A DNA stretch of 64,000 nucleotides. Origin: Candidatus Aenigmatarchaeota archaeon. GTDB taxonomy: Archaea; Aenigmatarchaeota; Aenigmatarchaeia; QMZP01; QMZT01. Below, piece after piece: positions 27,833 through 37,155 of this stretch (its first letter is position 1; the number at the start of each line of letters is the position of its first letter). Location of the stretch: NCBI GenBank assembly GCA_043808015.1, contig JAZDFI010000029.1, positions 1 through 64,000 on the forward strand, read 5' to 3'. Under the pieces are notes generated by a model that was not told where the DNA came from, searched no databases, and worked only from the letters and a program-made list of their open reading frames with translations. The position numbers were made by a program, and so were the translations under genes.

Positions 27833-29599
27833 ATGATCAAGGTCGGAGTCACGACTGGTTTGTATTACATTGCCAGGGCGGAAGAGCTAGCAACGTCGCT
27901 GAAAAAGATAGGTTATGCCCTGTCGAAAGGTGCGAACTCCATCGAGATATCGGGCGACACTCCGCACGAGATAGATTATACGATAGGACAGGAGATACGC
28001 GACCTCGCCTTCAAGCAGGGCATCGACCTGTGTTTTCACGGCTCGCTAACCACGCCTTTCGAAATCCCCGAGCGCTCCGACTGGAGGGACGCGCAGGAGC
28101 ACGTCGAGAAGTCGATACGTTCCGCCGTTTTTTCCGGCTCGAAATACGTCCTGTTCCACGCCTGCCTGCACTTCTGGCTGGAGATGATAACGTTCACGTC
28201 ATCGAAGCTCGAAATAGTCATGTGCGACCACGCGGGACGCATCATATCCGACATACTGAAGGATGATGAGCGCCTCAGGAACTGGTTTTCCGTCAAGATG
28301 TGGGAATACGAAAGGCAGTATCCTCACCTGATTCTGAGGGAAGAGGACCGTTACGAAGCGGCTCTCAGGGCGCAGGAAGAAATGAGGATATGGTCGGAAA
28401 AGGAAAATGAAAGAAGGCTTGGCGAGGAAATCAAAAAGAACCCTCCAAAAAACGAAATGGAATTAATGAAAATGCAGGCTCATGTAAGAGAGGGTGTAGC
28501 AAAGGAATTGAGCATCGTGCAGTCAAAAAAACAAAAAGAATACGAAACGGAAATGGTAAAAAAACGAATGGCGAACAACAATCCCGACGAGAGAAGATGG
28601 AAAGTCGAGACTTACGGCAAGATGACCGACTGTTATGAAATAATAGCGCATCATATGTTCTACAGAAAAGACCCGTTATGGGTGGCCATGGCCGAAGTTT
28701 ACAAGGATGTGCTTGCACCTTATAACCTGGATTATAATGACGACTGGGCGCTTGACAAGGCTTGGAGAAAAGCGCAGGACAGTAACGACCGCCAGTTCAA
28801 GGAGTTCTGGTATGCAGCTATGGGCGCGAAGTTCCTTGAAGGCCACATGAAATCGGCCCTGGAATATCTGAACGGCAAGCTGCTGACTTTTCTCAAGCAG
28901 TTCCCGGATTCCGCAAAGCTGATAGAAAATGCCAAAAAACTGAAAATAACGATAGAGATGCCGGACGCCAGAGACCCCAGATACGCCGGGCAATACATAT
29001 TGTGGCATCCCAAGCAGATTTATGCCGCCATAAAAACCATAAGAAAAACGCTCAATACCGACAGGATTTTCATGACCATCGACTGGGAGCACATAGCCGG
29101 TCAGGGAGTCGACCCGCTGATAGAGATCGGCAATCTTAAGCGATTGGCGCCGGACTTCGGCAAATACGTGCTTTCCGTCCATTCCAATGCTCCAAACCCG
29201 CTGCATGCCCATTACCCCATAGAGCTGGGCGACACCGAGGTTTACAAACTAAACTATTTTTTGCGCAGCACGGGCTTCGGCAAGCAGCCTGGATACGACG
29301 TGTATCTCTGGTTCGAGCGCGGCGGCGGCGACGACCCGTTCCGCCAGTCAGTCGATACGCTCAAGCTATGCGCCAAATTTCTCGAGCAGGACGTGCATCC
29401 GGACAATCTGCCCCAGGAATATTTCGGCATAAAACTGACTGGCATGGACTTCTGGAGGCAGGAAAACATAATGAGGGACCACAGGTTCGAGCCGCTCAAG
29501 GACCTGCTGGAAATGCCCGAAGAGGAATGGGGTATGCTCTCCTCGGTAGCGATGAGAAAGGGTAAGACAAAGGAATTCAAGAAGGAAGAACTGAAGTAG
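27833..29599 (+). CDS. AP-endonuclease-2/xylose-isomerase-like TIM barrel with large helical insertion
   Basis: FHGS, VLFHA, ITIEM, MTIDWEH, SVH...HAHYPI and WFERG metal-ligand-like motifs. Confidence 0.7.
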   Translation: MIKVGVTTGLYYIARAEELATSLKKIGYALSKGANSIEISGDTPHEIDYTIGQEIRDLAFKQGIDLCFHGSLTTPFEIPERSDWRDAQEHVEKSIRSAVFSGSKYVLFHACLHFWLEMITFTSSKLEIVMCDHAGRIISDILKDDERLRNWFSVKMWEYERQYPHLILREEDRYEAALRAQEEMRIWSEKENERRLGEEIKKNPPKNEMELMKMQAHVREGVAKELSIVQSKKQKEYETEMVKKRMANNNPDERRWKVETYGKMTDCYEIIAHHMFYRKDPLWVAMAEVYKDVLAPYNLDYNDDWALDKAWRKAQDSNDRQFKEFWYAAMGAKFLEGHMKSALEYLNGKLLTFLKQFPDSAKLIENAKKLKITIEMPDARDPRYAGQYILWHPKQIYAAIKTIRKTLNTDRIFMTIDWEHIAGQGVDPLIEIGNLKRLAPDFGKYVLSVHSNAPNPLHAHYPIELGDTEVYKLNYFLRSTGFGKQPGYDVYLWFERGGGDDPFRQSVDTLKLCAKFLEQDVHPDNLPQEYFGIKLTGMDFWRQENIMRDHRFEPLKDLLEMPEEEWGMLSSVAMRKGKTKEFKKEELK

Positions 29600-29668
29600 A
29601 CGAACGGCTGTTTCTATATTAGAAATTTATAGAAAAATTTAAATGAAAGGCAAAAATCAATGCCGGTT

Positions 29669-30454
29669 TTATTCAGCCCACGTGCTGTTGAAGAACGGTT
29701 CCACGAAGCTCTTGATGGCATGCTGGGACTGGGCCCAGAACGCGACATCCTGAGTCTGGTGCACCTTCTTGTCATCCGTGAGAGCGAATAACACGTGTTT
29801 GTCGTCGATTGTGTAAACCCTGTTAAGAGGTTTGTTAATGTTCTTCATCTCGGCTATTTCCGCGAATGCCTTAACGGGTACAGTTTCGCTCATGGGTGCA
29901 AGAATTCTGAGCTTCACGCCTTTTTTCGAAATGCGCTTGAGAGAATTGTAGTGGTGTGAGTAAAGCTCGTTTAGCCCGCTTTCGCTGGTTATGATTCTTA
30001 TTTCTTTTGTTGCCCTCTTGAACAGCGAACCAAGGTGCTGGTTTATGGAATGCCTGCCCTTAAGTGTGCCTGTCATCTCGAAAGGCTGTACCAGGTTGAG
30101 ACCGTTCTTGTATATCGCTTCAAGCTCGTTTATAACTGGCGATGTCTTCATGTTTTCCATCCTTTCAACCATCTCTTCATGTCGCTTCTGCATGTTGTCC
30201 ATGGTCCTTTCGAGAGCGTCTTTGGGGGCGAGAGCCACGTATCTTATCGGTTTCGACGGCTGAACAATCACGAATCCTTTCTCGGCCAGCGATTCAAGAA
30301 TGTCGTAGGATCTTGACCTTGGGACATTCGCTATTTGCGAAAGTTCGCCGGCAGTCGCTACGCCTCTTGCTAACAAAGCCACGAAAATTTTCCTCTCGTA
30401 AAGGTTCAGACCGATGCTCTTCAACGCATCCAGAGTTTTTGTTGTTGCTACCAT
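29669..30454 (-). CDS. TrmB family transcriptional regulator
   Basis: GLNLYERKIFVALL...VPRSRSYDILESLAEKGFV; start at 30454 after GGTGA SD. Confidence 0.92.
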   Translation of the reverse strand: MVATTKTLDALKSIGLNLYERKIFVALLARGVATAGELSQIANVPRSRSYDILESLAEKGFVIVQPSKPIRYVALAPKDALERTMDNMQKRHEEMVERMENMKTSPVINELEAIYKNGLNLVQPFEMTGTLKGRHSINQHLGSLFKRATKEIRIITSESGLNELYSHHYNSLKRISKKGVKLRILAPMSETVPVKAFAEIAEMKNINKPLNRVYTIDDKHVLFALTDDKKVHQTQDVAFWAQSQHAIKSFVEPFFNSTWAE

Positions 30455-30464
30455 TTTTTTCACC

Positions 30465-30477
30465 TTACTGTTAGTAA
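30465..30477. promoter_or_regulatory. Palindrome TTACT-GTT-AGTAA, candidate TrmB operator
   Basis: Inverted repeat between the TATA-like TTTATATAA (about 30490-30498) and the trmB start. Confidence 0.4.
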
Positions 30478-30593
30478 TATTCACTACGGTTATATAAACA
30501 TTTTCTTATACTTTTATTTGCGGCGAAAGCTTTATATAGGTTTATTACTCCTTAGTGAATATATTTAAAGGATGCATGTGCCCATAAATGCCG

Positions 30594-32315
30594 CTAGAAT
30601 GCGGATTTTCTGCCCCTCTGCTGGCTGTAAAGCCTTTCTATGCGCCCTACATCGTCTGCTTCTCCAGGCGACTTGTCCGTTCGAATCCTCAGCAATCGCG
30701 GGAAGCGCAGGGCGAACCCGGAAGAATAAGTGGGTGACTTCTGTATTTCTTCGTAGGCGATTTCTACCACGATTTTGGGCTCCACCTGGACTACATTACC
30801 CTTCTTCGATGTTATGTGCGTTTTAAGCTGTTCTGTAAGCTCATCGAAAGTCACGTCTTCATCGACGGACTTTTTCTCCTTTATACCCGTGCCCATCATG
30901 CCGCATTCGGCAAACCCCTCGTCACGCCTGCACGATAGTATGAACGTCCCGAACCAGCTGGTGCGCTTTCCTGTGCCCCATTCCGCGCCCGTGATGACCA
31001 GGTCAAGCGTCTCCATTATCGGTTTTACCTTGAGCCAGTAGCCCACGCGCCTGCCCGGCTGGTAGCTCGCGTCGAGATTCTTCACCATCACGCCTTCCTG
31101 CTTCGCCTTGAGCGCGCGCTCGTAAAATTTCTGCGCTTCGCCTGGGTCTTTGGTAACGAGCTTCTCGGCCAGCTGGAACTTACCGGGAATTACATTGATC
31201 ACGGATTCGAGCAGCTTCTTTCGCTTTTCAAGCGTCTCGGAAAAAAGATCCCTGCCGTCCAGATAAACGATATCGAAAAGGTTTACCTGTATAGGGATTG
31301 TGCGGGCCATCTGTTCTATGTCGTATTTTCTCTTTATCCGCTGGGAAAGCTGCTGGAATGGCAGCGCTTCGCCTTTCGCGTCTATGCCCAGCATTTCGCC
31401 CTCTATTATGCATTCCTTTGCCTTTACGCCTTTCAAAACCAGCTCTTTCAGGTCCGGAAACTGCCGCGTCACGTCTTCGAGCCTTCTGGTATAAAACCAG
31501 AGCTTGTCGCCTTTTTTATGGATGCACACGCGGGCGCCGTCGTATTTGAATTCTAAAATAGGTTTTTCGAATGTTTCCAGCGCCTCCTTGAGATCCGGCG
31601 CTTTTTCGGCCAGCAGGACCTGGTATGGCTTGCCAACCTCGACTGTCACCTTCTCGAGTCCGCGGAGGCCGTGCTCTTTGGCGATTTTTGCTATTTCGGC
31701 ATAATCAGGCCGCAAGAACCATGCCCATTCTATGGCGCTTATTATTTTTTTCTTCTCTTCCTGGTCCTTGAAATCGAAAAACGCCGAGGCAATCGAATCG
31801 CGCAGCACTCCTTCCGCGACTCCGACACGCATCTGCTCAAGCACCGTGCGCACTATGTATTTCGCTTCCTTTGGCTGCGCGCTGGAAATGAGTTCTTTTA
31901 TGAACGATATCTTGGAATCCTGGGAGCCTTTACCTTCTACCGATGCCAGTTTCTGGAGGTTTTCGAAAACTTTCGTCACGTCAAGCTCGCGGTTCACCAG
32001 GTTTTTCTGTTTTTTGACCGACAGCATTTTTTCCACGGCGAGGCCGAGGTCGCCTGTTTTTCTGAATTCATTCTCCACTTCGCTTTGTGAAAACCCGGCG
32101 GATGATGCAATCACCTTCATCATCAGCTTATCGGCAACACCCATCTCCTTTTCGGAATAAGGGGGAAAAACTTTACCCTGCATCAGCAGCACGACTTTGT
32201 CGAGTGTTTTGGCATCCGCTTCCCTGAAGAAAGCTGCAATCTTCTCTATTTTGCTCAGGCGCGACGGAGTCTGCTCCAGATATTCGTAAAGCCCGACGAG
32301 TTCAGAATATTTCAT
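30594..32315 (-). CDS. lig: ATP-dependent DNA ligase
   Basis: EFKYDGAR motif I, EGVMVK, WLKVK, LRFPR. Confidence 0.97.
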   Translation of the reverse strand: MKYSELVGLYEYLEQTPSRLSKIEKIAAFFREADAKTLDKVVLLMQGKVFPPYSEKEMGVADKLMMKVIASSAGFSQSEVENEFRKTGDLGLAVEKMLSVKKQKNLVNRELDVTKVFENLQKLASVEGKGSQDSKISFIKELISSAQPKEAKYIVRTVLEQMRVGVAEGVLRDSIASAFFDFKDQEEKKKIISAIEWAWFLRPDYAEIAKIAKEHGLRGLEKVTVEVGKPYQVLLAEKAPDLKEALETFEKPILEFKYDGARVCIHKKGDKLWFYTRRLEDVTRQFPDLKELVLKGVKAKECIIEGEMLGIDAKGEALPFQQLSQRIKRKYDIEQMARTIPIQVNLFDIVYLDGRDLFSETLEKRKKLLESVINVIPGKFQLAEKLVTKDPGEAQKFYERALKAKQEGVMVKNLDASYQPGRRVGYWLKVKPIMETLDLVITGAEWGTGKRTSWFGTFILSCRRDEGFAECGMMGTGIKEKKSVDEDVTFDELTEQLKTHITSKKGNVVQVEPKIVVEIAYEEIQKSPTYSSGFALRFPRLLRIRTDKSPGEADDVGRIERLYSQQRGRKSAF

Positions 32316-32363
32316 GATAGAATATTGTTTTATGTTTTAATTTAATTAAAACACGGCCAACTA

Positions 32364-33563
32364 ATGTATATGAAAGGGCAGTTTTATTCTGCAATCGCAA
32401 TACTCATCGCCATTCCCATCGTCGTATTCGTCACCCTTTATGTGGCCACCCAGGGCGGCGAGGATGGCATCTACCAGGCGATAGTCGCGGACCAGATACA
32501 CCAAGTGGAATCGGGAATAGAAAACGATTTCGGCAAGGCCGTCGTGACGTCGGGAAAACGCGCCATGATAGCCGGCGACGACTATGTCGTCATGAGCGGC
32601 AAAGCGCTTTCCGACGCCGCGGGCGGCGTGAAAGAACTGATGCAGTACGGCACGATAGAAGGCAACGAAAGCATACTCATGCACAATAATACCATATCCA
32701 ACTGGACCAGCAAAATACTGGCCATACCGTCAAATTTCGACATCAACATAACTTACTGGGGCCTCGACGTCGCCGGTTCAGGTGCATTTCACATCAAAGC
32801 TTCTGCGAGAATAAACGTTTCTGTCGCTGATGAGGTCGGCATCGCGCGCATAGACAAAATAGGAGAGTATTATGAAGCTCTTATTCCGATTGAGGGGGCC
32901 GAAGATCCCGTATTCACCCTGAAAACAGGCGGCCTTGTCACCAGGACGGTCAAGCTTTCACCATATCCTTACAGGGCAAAAAAACTGGTGATTGGCGGCC
33001 TTAACTCGAGCGGCAACTGCACCGGCAACTTCACAATGAACAAGAGCGACTGCTCGTCAAAAATACTGGTTGCGGAAAACACGAGCGGTGTCGCTTTATC
33101 ATGCTTTTCCGGTTTCATAATAGAAACATCCATGAACCTCAGCTCCGATTCGGACTGTTACGTCACGGGCAACGGCAACGCAGTTGAATCTATAACACAA
33201 GCCCTCGCGGAAACGAATTACAATAAAATATACATAGACGGTCCGACAAAGGCGGCATGGCACCTGCCCATACGCGATGATATAGACGAGAAATATTATT
33301 TCAGCGGTGGTGGTCCGTTGTTTCTGAAGCGACTGGAAGGCAATCTCAACCAAACGCCCGATGGTCTGGAAACTTTTGTGAACCTGCCGGAACTGGAAAG
33401 CAACCAGATTCCGATAAAGCAGAACGTCATCTCCGTGGATTATATATATTTTGGGGGACAAGACTATATTGGGTATCCGGTGAGGGGTTTGCAGGGCTGG
33501 TTCAGGCTTAACAGGACTTTTACGGACAGGTATAATCTCACCGAGTTGTGCAATGGTTGTTGA
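32364..33563 (+). CDS. Class III signal peptide (pilin-like) surface protein
   Basis: MKGQFYSAIAILIAIP N-terminus; Cys-containing glycosylation-rich ectodomain; upstream of the pilus ATPase. Confidence 0.7.
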   Translation: MYMKGQFYSAIAILIAIPIVVFVTLYVATQGGEDGIYQAIVADQIHQVESGIENDFGKAVVTSGKRAMIAGDDYVVMSGKALSDAAGGVKELMQYGTIEGNESILMHNNTISNWTSKILAIPSNFDINITYWGLDVAGSGAFHIKASARINVSVADEVGIARIDKIGEYYEALIPIEGAEDPVFTLKTGGLVTRTVKLSPYPYRAKKLVIGGLNSSGNCTGNFTMNKSDCSSKILVAENTSGVALSCFSGFIIETSMNLSSDSDCYVTGNGNAVESITQALAETNYNKIYIDGPTKAAWHLPIRDDIDEKYYFSGGGPLFLKRLEGNLNQTPDGLETFVNLPELESNQIPIKQNVISVDYIYFGGQDYIGYPVRGLQGWFRLNRTFTDRYNLTELCNGC

Positions 33564-34416
33564 TATGAAAAAAGGGAAAGATGAAGTAACATCCACGGAA
33601 ACAAAAGATAAAGCTACAGGCGAAAATACAAAGGGTTCCGGGAAGAACGATATTCTGGAAAAGAAGTGGGAGAATCTTGTGAAAGAGTCCACAAAGGATT
33701 CTAAACAGACCAAAGACGCGGGCACGAAAGGCGAAGCGCTGAAAGGGGATTTGAAAAAAGAGGTGCCAAAGCACGAAAAACCGGCCAAAGAATCACCTGC
33801 AAAAAAAGAAGCTGCTCGAAAAAAAACAGAGTGGACAGAAGATGATGGGACGGACGATGATGAAAAATCGACCTATAATAAAAAGAAAGGCGTAATAAAA
33901 GACCATCTGGAAACCGATGTAGATAAACTCTACGAGCTCGCCAGGGACAGGGGAATAATAAAAATAAACGAAGCTGCAAAATTACTGAAAATAGATATAG
34001 ATCAGATCGAAGAATGGGGCAGGATACTGGAAGAGCACAAACTGGTGCGATTACGTTATCCGCCTGTCGGTGAGCCGGTTCTGATACTGAAAAAATTCAT
34101 GACTGACACCGAAAAAATAAAGGAGATAAAGCAAAAAATAAAACTGAAACCGAGGAAGAGGGTGTTCATGATAAACATTATCATACTCGCCTGCTTCATC
34201 GTCGCCGTGTCATTCTATACCATAAGATTCGGGGCCATACGCATCACTTACACCCAAGCTTATTTAGCGGCGGCCGTAATTATTATAATAGCCGGGGTTT
34301 TGATTTTCAAGTTCAAAATAAAGAAAAGGGTAAAAAAAGATGATAAAAAAAATACCGAGACTTCCTCAGAAGGATCCCAAGGGGACCATGGAAAGCCAGC
34401 CAGAAAACCGGCCTGA
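33553..34416 (+). CDS. Membrane-anchored winged-helix protein
   Basis: Charged low-complexity N-terminus; LETDVDKLYEL...IEEWGRILEEHKLV wHTH-like domain; two C-terminal TMs. Confidence 0.65.
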   Translation: MVVDMKKGKDEVTSTETKDKATGENTKGSGKNDILEKKWENLVKESTKDSKQTKDAGTKGEALKGDLKKEVPKHEKPAKESPAKKEAARKKTEWTEDDGTDDDEKSTYNKKKGVIKDHLETDVDKLYELARDRGIIKINEAAKLLKIDIDQIEEWGRILEEHKLVRLRYPPVGEPVLILKKFMTDTEKIKEIKQKIKLKPRKRVFMINIIILACFIVAVSFYTIRFGAIRITYTQAYLAAAVIIIIAGVLIFKFKIKKRVKKDDKKNTETSSEGSQGDHGKPARKPA

Positions 34417-35899
34417 GGAAAGAAAAATAATAGAGGATTACAGCATAGATTATCAGAATGTATCGGCCTCCGTTAAAATATATCACGACCCGCAGGAATA
34501 CGTTCCTATTTATGACCTCAAATACCCCAAGATAGAGGAAGCCACATGGGCGATTCTCGACTCCATCAGGGAAAAAATAGTCACCGAGCTCGCTTTCAGG
34601 ACGGACGACATTCTGAGCACCGAAGAAACCGGGGACGTCAAGAAAAAATTCGTGCAGAAGGCCACCACCCTTATTCATGCGGAACTGCCAAGCCTGTCGA
34701 AAAACGACGTCGGCATACTTGTCGGCATTCTTTCCCAGGAATCGCTTGGCCTTGGCCCGATAGAATTCATGCTTAAAGACAATGACCTCGAAGAGATAGT
34801 CATAAACAACGCCAAGGAACCCATATGGGTTTATCACAGGACTTACGGCTGGCTGAAGTCGAATGTTATACTGAGCGACGAAACCAAAATATATAATTAT
34901 TCCGCACAGATAGGCAGGAAGGTCGGGACCCAGATAACAAATCTCAATCCCCTCATGGATGCTTATCTGACGACAGGCGACAGGGCCAACGCGACACTTT
35001 TTCCGATATCGTCAAAGGGCAACACGTTAACGATAAGAAAATTCGCCAGAAGGCCATGGACCATAACGGATTTCATAGAAACGAACACGATAACCCCGGA
35101 AGTCGCGGCATTTCTCTGGCTGGCTATACAGTTCGAAATGAACATCGTCTGCACTGGAGGCACGGCTTCGGGCAAGACGTCTTTCCTCAATGTATTGTGC
35201 ATGTTCATCCCGCCGAGCCAGCGCATCCTATCCATCGAGGATACGAGAGAAATCCAGCTTCCGCCATTCCTCCACTGGGTCCCCATGACTACGAGGCCGC
35301 CGAACATTGAAGGTAAAGGCGAGGTCACAATGCTTCAACTCATGATAAACGCGCTTAGAATGCGCCCCGACAGGATGATAGTCGGCGAGATACGCCGTTC
35401 GAAGGAAGCAGAAGTCCTGTTCGAGGCTATAAACACAGGCCACTCTGTTTACTCCACGCTTCACGCCAACACCAGCGAAGAAACGCTCAAGCGTCTCATC
35501 AACCCGCCCATAAACATTCCCATGTCGCTTCTCACGTCGCTCCAGCTGATAGCGGTCATGCACAGGGACAGGCGCAGGAGAATAAGAAGGGTTCTTGAGA
35601 TAACCGAGCTCATACCTTCCGGTGGGCTGGACGAAATGAAAATCGAACTGAACAACGTGTTCAGATGGATACCATCCAAGGACCAGATAGTCGAATGGGG
35701 TAAATCGAACCGCGTCCTCAATGACATCAAGCTATTTTCCGGGATGGAAGATAATGAAATAAAGAAAAATCTCGAGGAAAAAAAGAGCATTCTGATGTGG
35801 CTGGTAAAAAACAAAGTCAACACGATAGATAAAGTTGGCAGTACGATATCCGATTACTATAAGGACCAGGAAAAGATTCTCAGAATGATAAAGAAATAG
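34340..35899 (+). CDS. Type IV pilus/secretion ATPase (FlaI/TadA/VirB11 family)
   Basis: GGTASGKT, SIEDTRE, LRMRPDRMIVGEIR, TGH...STLHA. Confidence 0.94.
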   Translation: MIKKIPRLPQKDPKGTMESQPENRPEERKIIEDYSIDYQNVSASVKIYHDPQEYVPIYDLKYPKIEEATWAILDSIREKIVTELAFRTDDILSTEETGDVKKKFVQKATTLIHAELPSLSKNDVGILVGILSQESLGLGPIEFMLKDNDLEEIVINNAKEPIWVYHRTYGWLKSNVILSDETKIYNYSAQIGRKVGTQITNLNPLMDAYLTTGDRANATLFPISSKGNTLTIRKFARRPWTITDFIETNTITPEVAAFLWLAIQFEMNIVCTGGTASGKTSFLNVLCMFIPPSQRILSIEDTREIQLPPFLHWVPMTTRPPNIEGKGEVTMLQLMINALRMRPDRMIVGEIRRSKEAEVLFEAINTGHSVYSTLHANTSEETLKRLINPPINIPMSLLTSLQLIAVMHRDRRRRIRRVLEITELIPSGGLDEMKIELNNVFRWIPSKDQIVEWGKSNRVLNDIKLFSGMEDNEIKKNLEEKKSILMWLVKNKVNTIDKVGSTISDYYKDQEKILRMIKK

Positions 35900-35900
35900 G

Positions 35901-36482
35901 CTACCTGTACATCGTCTGGGTGTTCTCAAACCTGGGCACAAATATCCTGTATTTGTCCTTGTCTTCGAGCTCCTCTAGAATTCTCTTTATAATCATTTTT
36001 TCCGGGTCGGGCAGCATGCTGACACGCTTCTTCATGTCTTCAAAACTCGCGAATGCGTTTTCTTTTCTCGCGGAGAGTATTTCCCATAGATGTTTCTTGC
36101 CTATGCCGGGAAGCAGTTCCAGCTGATGGAGTCTGGTTGTTATGGGCCCGGCCTTGTTAAAGAAATCCAGAAACTTCTGCGGCGTGGATTTAACTAAGCT
36201 CTCGACTATGTCCGATACCTCTTCTTTTGATGCGGTCGTCAGGTCTTTGTAATCTATTCTTCTTTTGATGAACTTGACCTCGTCCCTTTTGCCGTCGCCA
36301 ATATAAACAGGGGTACCGACTTTCAGGTAAACTCCTTCCCTGACTATCACCTCGAGCAGTGAAAAATACAGCTCCCCTATAACCTGGGCCACGGGTTGGG
36401 AAACTTTCATGCCGTAATAGCCGTGCGGAAGGTAATCAAGCACTATCGCCTTCTCATCCTTCTTGATTTCTCTCTGAATCAT
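35901..36482 (-). CDS. DUF655 RNA-binding protein
   Basis: VLDYLPHG, LHQLELLPGIGKK; conserved position after rpoF. Confidence 0.9.
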   Translation of the reverse strand: MIQREIKKDEKAIVLDYLPHGYYGMKVSQPVAQVIGELYFSLLEVIVREGVYLKVGTPVYIGDGKRDEVKFIKRRIDYKDLTTASKEEVSDIVESLVKSTPQKFLDFFNKAGPITTRLHQLELLPGIGKKHLWEILSARKENAFASFEDMKKRVSMLPDPEKMIIKRILEELEDKDKYRIFVPRFENTQTMYR

Positions 36483-36528
36483 CCTTCCGCTCCCTTTTTT
36501 ATAAAGTTAGAATGCGTCTTTAAAAGCG

Positions 36529-36855
36529 CTACTTGTTGTCTTTTATAATTTTGATTATTTTTTTCTTGTCGTCCTCTGTCAAAACTAGTCTGTCGTTGGC
36601 AAACAAAACCCTGATGTCGTTCTGGTTGTCAGGCAGGAAATTTATTATGGTGACTATGTGCCTCTCTTTGAGCTTTTCTATGCCCCGGAGTTCCTCCACT
36701 ATCTTCTCGTATTTTTTGTCCGGGAGCTTGCAGAATTTTCTAAGGTGGTCCAGAGCGTTCTTCTGCTCGTAAACAAGCTCCTTCTTCTTCTCGCTTTCAG
36801 AAAGTATTTTTTTGGCGTCTGTCCAGCTCGTCACTTTTTCGTCTTTAACATTCAT
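36529..36855 (-). CDS. rpo4: RNA polymerase subunit Rpo4 (RpoF)
   Basis: YEQKNALDHLRKF; rpl21e-rpoF-DUF655 synteny. Confidence 0.88.
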   Translation of the reverse strand: MNVKDEKVTSWTDAKKILSESEKKKELVYEQKNALDHLRKFCKLPDKKYEKIVEELRGIEKLKERHIVTIINFLPDNQNDIRVLFANDRLVLTEDDKKKIIKIIKDNK

Positions 36856-36863
36856 GAAACCAC

Positions 36864-37151
36864 CTACTTTTTCAGGACCAGATGTTCCGGCCTGGATATT
36901 ACTTCTTTCAGGCTGTTGCCTATCTTTATCTGCACCACGTAAGCATCGCCTCGCCTCGCCTTTATCACTCCGGTCAGGCCCTTGAACTTGGGAAAGGGCA
37001 TGCCCTTGTGCGACGATGGATTTGGTTTAAGCGTCACCCTGTCGTGTACCTTGAATTCCGTAAGGTATGGGGTGACCTTGAATTTGTGCCTGAGCGTCGC
37101 CTTCAGCTTCCTTCTTGTGGCTCTCCTGAATCCCATTGTAGCTCTTACCAT
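36864..37151 (-). CDS. rpl21e: 50S ribosomal protein L21e
   Basis: GFRRATRRKL, HKGMPFPKFKGLTG, RPEHL. Confidence 0.94.
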   Translation of the reverse strand: MVRATMGFRRATRRKLKATLRHKFKVTPYLTEFKVHDRVTLKPNPSSHKGMPFPKFKGLTGVIKARRGDAYVVQIKIGNSLKEVISRPEHLVLKK

Positions 37152-37155
37152 ATTA

